Assembly: GCF_000446015.1 (NCBI RefSeq)
Contig: NC_022093.1
Location: forward strand, 1,444,806-1,476,805
From: Thermofilum adornatum
GTDB taxonomy: Archaea > Thermoproteota > Thermoprotei > Thermofilales > Thermofilaceae
Length of the DNA: 32,000 nucleotides
Reading direction: 5' to 3'
Of the stretch, positions 23,044 to 30,274 are shown piece after piece (the stretch's first letter is position 1; each line of letters opens with the position of its first letter). Under the pieces are notes generated by a model that saw only the letters and a list, made by a program, of their open reading frames with translations, was not told the origin of the DNA and did not search any database. A program made the translations under genes and the position numbers.

Positions 23044-23772
23044 CTACAGTTGGCTCGTTATCTGCTTTACCACTTTTTCTAGGTATGGTCGAAGCTTCTC
23101 GGCTAATCTGTCGCGGTCGCCCTCTATGCTGGGCATCTCTTCATGGTATGGGATGCTAGCTATAGGCTCTATGCCTAGGGCTTCTCGGATTCTCTCTGGC
23201 TGGCTACACATGTTTGCAACTACTCCCAATGACTCAACTTTCTCGCTGTCTAGGAATTCGAGGATCCTCTTCGTAGATACTATGCTCATCTTGTCACAGG
23301 TGGAGGCCACTAGGACCCTCACCTTCCTGTGCAGGCGGAGAAGCTCTAGGAGTGTGTCAGAGAGTCCTGGAGGTGTGTCGACAACGAATACCTTGCCGGT
23401 CCACCTTGTTACTGCTAGGAGCTCTCTGAACGCGTCAACGCTTTCTCTTCCACGTAGGGGAAGAGCCCTGTCCTTGCTGTAAAAAGCTATGCTCATGAAT
23501 TCTAGGTTTTCCTCTACTTTTACTGGCAGTACTCCTTTTTCTTCTTCTGGCATCAATTCCTCAACGTCCACGCCGAGAGAGATGTGGGTCGTTGGGTTCG
23601 TGAAGTCTGTGTCTAGGAGGCTTGCCTGGACACCGCTCCTAGCTAGAGCGAGTGCCAGCCCCACAGAAATTGTAGTTTTACCTACTCCCCCCTTGGGACT
23701 AGTAACTGGGACAACTAGCTTGAAGCCTCGGAGTCTCTCCCTTATGAGGGGTACTCGGAAATCCGTCTCCAT
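23044..23772 (-). CDS. Mrp/MinD-family P-loop ATPase, probable archaeal HypB-type nickel-insertion partner of HypA
   Basis: Deviant Walker A SPKGGVGKTT and Walker B FVVDTPPG. Its ATG directly abuts the hypA stop (TAGATG). Confidence 0.8.
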   Translation of the reverse strand: METDFRVPLIRERLRGFKLVVPVTSPKGGVGKTTISVGLALALARSGVQASLLDTDFTNPTTHISLGVDVEELMPEEEKGVLPVKVEENLEFMSIAFYSKDRALPLRGRESVDAFRELLAVTRWTGKVFVVDTPPGLSDTLLELLRLHRKVRVLVASTCDKMSIVSTKRILEFLDSEKVESLGVVANMCSQPERIREALGIEPIASIPYHEEMPSIEGDRDRLAEKLRPYLEKVVKQITSQL

Positions 23773-24177
23773 CTAGTCCACCCTTACCTTTACCCCTCTG
23801 CCTCTAACTATCTCAAAGTCCCGGCTACCACATTTCGGGCAGGAATAGTAAGAGTGAACAACTTCTGGGACAAAGTGTATCGCCTCCCTGAACTCTTCCC
23901 CAATGCTCCAGTCTTTTAGGCTCCATTCGTAGCCGCACACCATGCACTTGAAGACTGCCTCTTCACGTGTAATCTTGAAATCTTGGACGTTGATGCCTTT
24001 CTCTGTCCTGAGCTCTTCCAAAAGCTCTCGTAGCGCCGTCTCGAAGACCCCCTCGTCTACGGCCTGTAGCTCTCCGAGGACAACCTCTATGTGCCTGACG
24101 TCTTTGTTGCTAGTTACAAGCTCTTCAACAGTCTTAACTACTGCCTCTGCAAGCGCCCACTCATGCACAAGGCCCAC
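23773..24177 (-). CDS. hypA: [NiFe]-hydrogenase nickel-insertion protein HypA
   Basis: The N-terminal VHEWALAEAVV corresponds to the MHE nickel site context. Zinc site CMVCGYEW ... CPKCGS. About 134 aa. Confidence 0.85.
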   Translation of the reverse strand: MGLVHEWALAEAVVKTVEELVTSNKDVRHIEVVLGELQAVDEGVFETALRELLEELRTEKGINVQDFKITREEAVFKCMVCGYEWSLKDWSIGEEFREAIHFVPEVVHSYYSCPKCGSRDFEIVRGRGVKVRVD

Positions 24178-24234
24178 CTACCTTACGGATCCTAGATGCA
24201 CGTCTAAGATTGGTTAAGGTTTACATGGTTAATT

Positions 24235-24468
24235 TTAAGCTTGCTGGCTGGGTTGCTTCCTTTTATTGTTACTCTTCACTTGGAACGATGACAGAGATTT
24301 TGGTTCTCTTGAGGCCCTCTTAACTAGGTCCATGTAAGTGTTCTTGAGGAGCTCGAATTCAGGTGTGATATACAGCTCAATACCCTCGCTCAAGGCGGCT
24401 ATAATAAGTGGGTTCCCTTTTTTCAGCATTTTCAGAGCGCGCGCTAAGAAACACGTGCTCCTAGTCAA
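24235..24468 (-). pseudogene. possible C-terminal fragment of a PIN-domain toxin
   Basis: GNPLIIAALSEGIELYITPEFELLKN parallels the PIN C-terminus D.lIAA.A...g..LvT.D.dF with acidic positions replaced. There is no PIN N-half. TAGCGCGC sits at the 5' truncation point. Confidence 0.3.
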
Positions 24469-24599
24469 AATTTTATAGCAGAAATTTGTAGTTTTGTGTT
24501 CGATCAGATAGGCTACAACTCAACCGAAATATTTTTGTATGTCACAGGGAAAAAATAAATAGTTTTTCATATACCAATATATCGTTATAGGGGGTCTAC

Positions 24600-24944
24600 T
24601 TGGACGGCTCAAATATTTCATGGTTGCTTCCTGTTGCCGTCATACTCTATTCTATATATAGGGCCTCCGGCTCATACCAGAAGGGCCCGCAAGACCCGTG
24701 GCTGAAGGTTTCCCTCGCCGTAGCAATGCTGGGCGGAGGACTCACACTGTACTCCTTGCCTTTAATGGTTGTGCAGTTGCTTGGCTGGGATACTTCCATG
24801 CTTGCGCTTCTCTTCATGTTTGGCTTCGTGCTTATTACTTTCTCTATTTTCCTTATGAGTCTATGGAACACTTATATGTGTGAGAGTGGCCAGTTGGAGG
24901 TGGCAGGCGCCCGGGCGGAGTCGATATTTTTGCATGCGACATGA
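24600..24944 (+). CDS. small integral membrane protein (3-4 TM)
   Basis: Hydrophobic helices throughout. TTG start. ATGA overlap with the next gene. Confidence 0.5.
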   Translation: MDGSNISWLLPVAVILYSIYRASGSYQKGPQDPWLKVSLAVAMLGGGLTLYSLPLMVVQLLGWDTSMLALLFMFGFVLITFSIFLMSLWNTYMCESGQLEVAGARAESIFLHAT

Positions 24945-25726
24945 TGTCTGTCGCGTTGACGCTGGTCTCATTCACGTTGAGCTGGGCGGCGATACTCCTG
25001 GTCTCAGATCTTAAGCCCACCATAGTCAAGGGGGCTTCGGGGAAGACCTTCTACGATGTTTCTCCGTTTAACTTTTACATGGTGATTATATCGCTTGCAT
25101 TTTTGCTTTTATCGATTAGGGCTCGGAGAAAACTAGTAACAACACTAATATTAGTGCCGCAAAGGAGCCAGCCCGTTGTTCTACCGCCCCAGAAATCCAC
25201 TGGGGCAAGCTACCAGCAGATAAAAGAGAAAAAAGAGATAAAGGATTCCGGGCTTCTGCTTACAAGTTTTACGGGCTTGGCTCTTTACTTGGTCTTGCTC
25301 TTCGTGATTCCAGCAAGCCTCGACCAGCTGGGCTACAATCTTGCTTTCCTAGTGTGGCTCCTGGTCACGTTTTACTTCGTCAAGCGGTACAGGGAGGCCC
25401 CTATGAGCTATCTTGTCACCATGATGAGTAACCTCCTAAGCTTTTATTGTCCAAGGTGTCAGAAGAAAATCGAGCCTTTCGAGAAGAGCGGCTCGCTTCT
25501 GGAGCACTTCATAAATGGTAGGCTCTCGCTTAAAGGGGCACAGGAAAGGGTCATAGTGGCCCACTACAGGCATGTCCACACAGAATACGAGAAGGAGATA
25601 AGGGACTTACAGAAGGTCAGGAGCCCGCTTCTCAACAAAGAGCAGAGAAGGGAGGAGCTCAAGAGGGAGTACTCTGAGAAGGCTCGCTTTCTCGCCGAAA
25701 AGGACGGCCTACTCAAGGAAAAGTGA
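24941..25726 (+). CDS. membrane protein with cytoplasmic CxxC...H..HxH segment and K/E-rich tail
   Basis: Four to five TM helices, then YCPRCQKKIEPF...HYRHVH and a charged coiled-coil-like C-terminus. Confidence 0.55.
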   Translation: MMSVALTLVSFTLSWAAILLVSDLKPTIVKGASGKTFYDVSPFNFYMVIISLAFLLLSIRARRKLVTTLILVPQRSQPVVLPPQKSTGASYQQIKEKKEIKDSGLLLTSFTGLALYLVLLFVIPASLDQLGYNLAFLVWLLVTFYFVKRYREAPMSYLVTMMSNLLSFYCPRCQKKIEPFEKSGSLLEHFINGRLSLKGAQERVIVAHYRHVHTEYEKEIRDLQKVRSPLLNKEQRREELKREYSEKARFLAEKDGLLKEK

Positions 25727-25832
25727 AAAATTCTAGCTGTAAATATTTCTGGATTCATACAAAAGTATTTGTAAGAAATGTAAAGTTTTCTTCGAATAGA
25801 CGGAAATTCTCTTAAAGAATAGTATTCCTTGG

Positions 25833-26912
25833 ATGCTTATGTCGATAAGGGTGCTCACAGCTCGGGACATTGCAGAGCTTGTACGCCAAGTAGGAATAGA
25901 CAAGTTCATGGATGGTCTAATTGAAAGCCTAGAAACCACATTTAAGAAATGGAAACAGCTAAAGGTGACCCCAAGGGTAAGCTTCCACTATAGGCAAGGC
26001 GTCGTAGAAGCAATGCCAGCCTCAGACGACAAATGGTACACAGTCAAAATAGTAAACGGTCACCCCCTAAACCCCTCCAGGGGCCTCCAGACAGTCGTAG
26101 CCGTAGCAGTGCTAGTAGACGTTGAAACCGGCTACCCCCTGATGTTTATGGATGCAACCCTGCTAACGTCTCTCCGTACAGGTGCAGCCTCGGCACTCGC
26201 CACCAAGTACCTTGCAAGGGAAGACTCTGAGACCCTGGGAGTCATCGGCAACGGGGCGCAGTCAGAGTTCCTGGCCTACGCGATTACACGTGTCGCCAAC
26301 AAGCTCGACAGGATACTCGCCTTCGACATCGACAGGAAGGCCACCGAAAAGTTCACGAGAAACATGTCCCACCTAGGCTACACGGTCGAAAGCGTTGACA
26401 GCCCACGAGAATTAGCCTTGAACTCAGACATCATAGTAACAGCCACAGCTTCGCCCGGGAGAAACAGAGTCATCGAGAAGTCCTGGGTCGAGCCTGGAAC
26501 CCACATCAATGCTGTAGGCGGAGACGCCCCTGGAAAGACAGAGCTTGACCCAGAGCTTGTACGCTCCTCAAAACTCGTAGTGGAGCTTCTAGACCAGGCG
26601 TTAGTAGAGGGAGAGGCCCAAAACGTTGGTAGAGAACATGTCTACGCGGAGCTGTGGGAAGTAGTAGCTGGAATCAAGCCCGGCAGGACAAGCCCACAGG
26701 AGGTAACAATATTTGACTCTGTGGGAATAGCTATAGAGGATCTCGCGGCCATAACCTATGTATATTCACTGGCTAAAGGCGACGATATCGGGACAACGAT
26801 AAAGATTCTGCCTGAGACAAGTAACCCTAAAGACCTGTTCTCGCTTATAGCCAAACCTCTACAAGGAAGAGAAAAAGGCTTCTTGAAGAACATAAAATTA
26901 TACGAGAATTAG
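25833..26912 (+). CDS. ornithine cyclodeaminase / mu-crystallin family NAD(P) enzyme (archaeal alanine dehydrogenase-like)
   Basis: LTSLRTGAASALATKYLAR, the Rossmann LGVIGNGAQSEF, and INAVGGDAPGKTELD are typical OCD_Mu_crystallin family motifs. Confidence 0.8.
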   Translation: MLMSIRVLTARDIAELVRQVGIDKFMDGLIESLETTFKKWKQLKVTPRVSFHYRQGVVEAMPASDDKWYTVKIVNGHPLNPSRGLQTVVAVAVLVDVETGYPLMFMDATLLTSLRTGAASALATKYLAREDSETLGVIGNGAQSEFLAYAITRVANKLDRILAFDIDRKATEKFTRNMSHLGYTVESVDSPRELALNSDIIVTATASPGRNRVIEKSWVEPGTHINAVGGDAPGKTELDPELVRSSKLVVELLDQALVEGEAQNVGREHVYAELWEVVAGIKPGRTSPQEVTIFDSVGIAIEDLAAITYVYSLAKGDDIGTTIKILPETSNPKDLFSLIAKPLQGREKGFLKNIKLYEN

Positions 26913-26935
26913 CGAAGAGAGGGGCTAGTGTATTG

Positions 26936-27225
26936 TTATGGGTCTATATTCTTCGCTTTGCTGGACTCAAGAAGTTTCGCGGCGGCCTCTCTTAGTGTCT
27001 GGATTATGTCTTCCAAGTTGTCATAGATGATTTCTGCATCTATATCGGCGTACATGTGAACAATGATGTTTCTTAGCCCAACAATTTCCTGCAACTTTTT
27101 TCGAGATTTTCATCTATTATACCTTCCTCTCGTACTTTTCTAATGATTTCCCTGTAGGTGTCAGGTACTTCTACTTTTAGCTTGGACAAAATGTAAGAGG
27201 AAAAATCAACTAGAATTCTGTGCAT
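26936..27225 (-). pseudogene. DUF86/HepT-type HEPN toxin gene with a single frameshift
   Basis: The minus strand reads MHRILVDFSSYILSKLKVEVPDTYREIIRKVREEGIIDENLEK, then after a -1 shift (K)LQEIVGLRNIIVHMYADIDAEIIYDNLEDIIQTLREAAAKL. The RNxxxH motif is intact at 27053-27079. The shift lies in the T6 run at 27096-27101. Neither half reaches the 60-aa ORF cut-off. Confidence 0.7.
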
Positions 27226-27329
27226 ACTTGGATATTTCTCTCTGCTATTGATAACAATTTAGGTCCAAAAATCGAAGACTTGAAGGAAAGGATTAGCTCG
27301 CGCTTGGTGGGAATAGACCTCACTTATCC

Positions 27330-28610
27330 TCAAAGATAGACTGCGAGGTATAGGAATGGGAGATATATTGCCATGTTTATGGCTGTGACAATTGTTCCTA
27401 GCTTTGCAAACTCTATGAAGCCAAGGGACTTTGAGTATCTTTCCTCTGCGACCTCCATGATTATGATGTTTGAAGCCGCGCCTAGGAGTGTGAGGTTTCC
27501 AGCGATGGTTGAGCTACAGGCAAGCACTAGCCACGCCCACACGTCGCTAGGGGTATAGCCGATAGTCTTCATGTACTGGATAAAGAACTGTGTAAATGGG
27601 ACGTTTGAAAGGAGCTGGCTTAGAGCCAGGCTCTCGACGCTTATTGCGGCTATTCCTTCTAGGCCATAGAGCTTCTTGTCCATTAGGACGGCTACTAGGG
27701 GCTGGAGAAGGCCACTGGACCAGACGCCCTTCATCGTTATGAACATTGCGATGAAGAAGACTATTGTTCCCCAGTTTACCTTCTCGAGTATACCTCTGGG
27801 GTCGGACACAAAGATGTAAGTTGCCGCGGCAACAATGAATGGGATGAAGCCTATGTTCTCTACGTGTGGGAGGCCAGCTATTGAAAGGGCATCGTTAGCC
27901 AATAGGAGCGCGACGACGCTGGTCAGCCCTATTGCTGCAATCATAGCGTCTCTCCTGTTCCTTATCGCCTCGCCCGGAATAACTAATAGCTCCAGCTTTT
28001 TGTCGCTTATCTTGAACCACTTTAGTAGAACCAGTGGGACCACGAGGAGGTTAATCAGGGACGGAAGTAGCAGAACCCTCAGAAAGCTTAAAAGAGGAGC
28101 CTTCATCCCGCTCTGAACAGCAATTAAGACATTCTGGGGGTTGCCTATAGGCGTAGCTACAGAGCCGATCGTCACGCTGAAGGCGAGCATGAACAGGAAG
28201 GGCTCCAGGCCGAGCCCCGCTACACGGGCAATACTGCCAACCATGACTGTGCCCAAGACTGCGACAGCGTCGTTAACAGTGACGGCCGCAAGTAGCCCAA
28301 ATACAATGGAGAGAACTATAAATAACCTCCATACACTCCCAACCCTCGCTAGAAACCAATATGCGACTGCGTCTAGGAGTCCAGAAGACTCTGCGAGGCT
28401 CACAATGCTAAACATGCCGATCAAGAAGAGAATGACGTCTATGTCGACAGCTTGCCCGAGACCATCGACTGGCACGAGGCCGCCGGCAACAACAATGAAG
28501 GAGGCAAACGCCATCACTGCCCAGAAGGGCAAACTCCGAAACCTTGACCTAGCCAGCAGTCCCCATACAATAACGGCCAGTGATATGCCTGCAACAACGA
28601 GGCTCCACAC
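27330..28610 (-). CDS. ArsB/NhaD (CitMHS-like) superfamily anion permease
   Basis: About 11-12 TM helices, with TPIGNPQNVLIA and a repeated-half architecture typical of this permease superfamily. Confidence 0.75.
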   Translation of the reverse strand: MWSLVVAGISLAVIVWGLLARSRFRSLPFWAVMAFASFIVVAGGLVPVDGLGQAVDIDVILFLIGMFSIVSLAESSGLLDAVAYWFLARVGSVWRLFIVLSIVFGLLAAVTVNDAVAVLGTVMVGSIARVAGLGLEPFLFMLAFSVTIGSVATPIGNPQNVLIAVQSGMKAPLLSFLRVLLLPSLINLLVVPLVLLKWFKISDKKLELLVIPGEAIRNRRDAMIAAIGLTSVVALLLANDALSIAGLPHVENIGFIPFIVAAATYIFVSDPRGILEKVNWGTIVFFIAMFITMKGVWSSGLLQPLVAVLMDKKLYGLEGIAAISVESLALSQLLSNVPFTQFFIQYMKTIGYTPSDVWAWLVLACSSTIAGNLTLLGAASNIIIMEVAEERYSKSLGFIEFAKLGTIVTAINMAIYLPFLYLAVYL

Positions 28611-28634
28611 AAACAGATAGCAAGGCAGAGAAGC

Positions 28635-28646
28635 TTTTTAAATTTA
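28635..28646. promoter_or_regulatory. TATA-like element in divergent intergenic region
   Basis: TTTTTAAATTTA lies about 25 nt upstream of the permease ATG (28610, minus strand), consistent with a leaderless transcript. Confidence 0.35.
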
Positions 28647-28772
28647 CCCCCGTGGACTGTGTAGATGTTAATGTTGTTACGTAGGGGTGATTCTAATCGT
28701 GTGTGAGATTTCTTTACCAAAAATTTTTATTGACATTGTCATTAGGTCTATATTCGAGGGGTCGACACCGAG

Positions 28773-30119
28773 ATGAAACGGCCAATGTACGTGGATTTTC
28801 TCTTAATAGCGTCCTTGCCTGTAATAGTTTTTCTAAGCCTCCTTTCAGGACCTATTGCAGAGTTGGGCTTCAAAGATTTTCTCTTTAAAATTTTTTCCGT
28901 AAAGGCTACCGAGGAGGACTTCGCGGCAAGAGTAATAATGGTCTACCATGTTGCGGCCGCAATTGTAATGGCTGGCACACTATACCTTGCAGTCAAATAT
29001 GTTGATCACGACGAGAAACTGAGGAAGCCTCTTCTCAACCTCGTAACCGCTGGCTGGATAATAACGGTTCTTTCTGCGCTTGTCTTTGCATATTTCTGGA
29101 GAAGCCCGCTTGTCCACGGCGTTTATCTCTTAGGGCTATCATTGATGTTCACGGGGGCTGTGCTTTTTACTTATGCAATGTCACCTGTGAGGATAAGCTG
29201 GAAGGAAAAAACTCTAGAGAAGGTGGCCGCGTTTACAACCGCAGTTGCTTTGCTTGGGGGAGTACTTATGGGGGCCATGTATGCTTCTCATCTAGGCTTT
29301 TCCAAGGAGGCGCACATATACATCATTGAAGAATATTCGACCAGGGAGTACCGTGGCCTTGTGTCTCCGCAGACTTCTCTGCAGTTGCTTGTCACAGCCC
29401 ACGCACATGCGGCTGTTGCAATATGGTCGACGGCTATAATGTTTATAGGGCTTAAATGGTCCCGGCTATCGGAGTGGAAGCCCAGGCTCTACAGGTGGGC
29501 GTTGATTTTCCAAATATTCGGGGTAGCCGTTATGTTCTTTGGGACAACGGTGGTGCCCATTTGGAGATCTATAGCCCACGAGATTATTTTTGTAGGTATA
29601 GCACCTCTGAACATTACACTCCTGATTTTATGGTTACGGCTCGCCGATATGCTTAGGAATGGTGACTGGCGTGACCCGGCAAAGGTGGGGCTGTTTCTTG
29701 TCCCTATCTGGATGACGCTGTTCGTTACATCCACGGGTCCAATCGTTGCTTCAAACCTGAAGACTATAAGAGCCGTTTGGCCTTTGAGGGACGAAATAGC
29801 ATATAACGTGGCGCATTGGCACATGTTGAGTTTTGTGATTGCCTCTGCAATGTTCTTCCTCTATCTCGACGAGTTCACCAACATAGTGAAGGATGTCTCT
29901 GGGTGGCTCCTAGCATTCGGAGGGACGCTCGCCTTGGCAGGAACGTTTGTATATGAGTTGTCTCCAATGTTTGTAATGGGATCCACTGATATAGCTGGGG
30001 CTTCTCTCAGCCTTAAAAAGGCAATTCTACCAGTAATGGAGGTTGGCCTTGCTGCCTCGTTTGCAGGTTTCGCTATCTTTACGCTTTGGCTACTGTATCG
30101 CTGGATTAAAACAAAGTAG
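28773..30119 (+). CDS. 12-TM integral membrane protein with intramembrane histidine pairs; family not recognised
   Basis: About twelve hydrophobic helices. His occur in predicted helices: YHVAAAIV, LLVTAHAHAAVAIW, SIAHEIIF, YNVAHWHMLSF. Confidence 0.6.
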   Translation: MKRPMYVDFLLIASLPVIVFLSLLSGPIAELGFKDFLFKIFSVKATEEDFAARVIMVYHVAAAIVMAGTLYLAVKYVDHDEKLRKPLLNLVTAGWIITVLSALVFAYFWRSPLVHGVYLLGLSLMFTGAVLFTYAMSPVRISWKEKTLEKVAAFTTAVALLGGVLMGAMYASHLGFSKEAHIYIIEEYSTREYRGLVSPQTSLQLLVTAHAHAAVAIWSTAIMFIGLKWSRLSEWKPRLYRWALIFQIFGVAVMFFGTTVVPIWRSIAHEIIFVGIAPLNITLLILWLRLADMLRNGDWRDPAKVGLFLVPIWMTLFVTSTGPIVASNLKTIRAVWPLRDEIAYNVAHWHMLSFVIASAMFFLYLDEFTNIVKDVSGWLLAFGGTLALAGTFVYELSPMFVMGSTDIAGASLSLKKAILPVMEVGLAASFAGFAIFTLWLLYRWIKTK

Positions 30120-30204
30120 ATATTTTTCTTTGAATGTCCATATTTTCAAGTCCAAGGCGAAAACATAAAAAGCATGCAGAACTAGCTTGCGAGTAAAAGG
30201 CTCG

Positions 30205-30225
30205 TAGAGAAAAAAGTTTTCTCTA
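30205..30225. promoter_or_regulatory. perfect inverted repeat TAGAGAAAA-AAG-TTTTCTCTA upstream of csx1
   Basis: 9-bp arms read directly. It lies 50-70 nt upstream of the ATG at 30275 and just upstream of an AAAGATATA TATA-like box. Confidence 0.4.
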
Positions 30226-30274
30226 TGTATGAGAAAAGATATAGGGGTGTTAGACGTATTTTGGCAGGAAAACA

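Noticed and set aside
22982-24217. Plus-strand ORFs 22982..23482, 23489..23776 and 23942..24217 opposite the Mrp/MinD and hypA genes
   Set aside because: They are Ser/Thr/Arg-rich shadow translations of strongly supported minus-strand genes (Walker A, HypA zinc and nickel motifs).
27373-28620. Plus-strand ORFs (61, 93 and 159 aa) inside the permease gene
   Set aside because: They are antisense to a 426-aa multi-TM ORF with family motifs, and their composition is typical of shadow frames.
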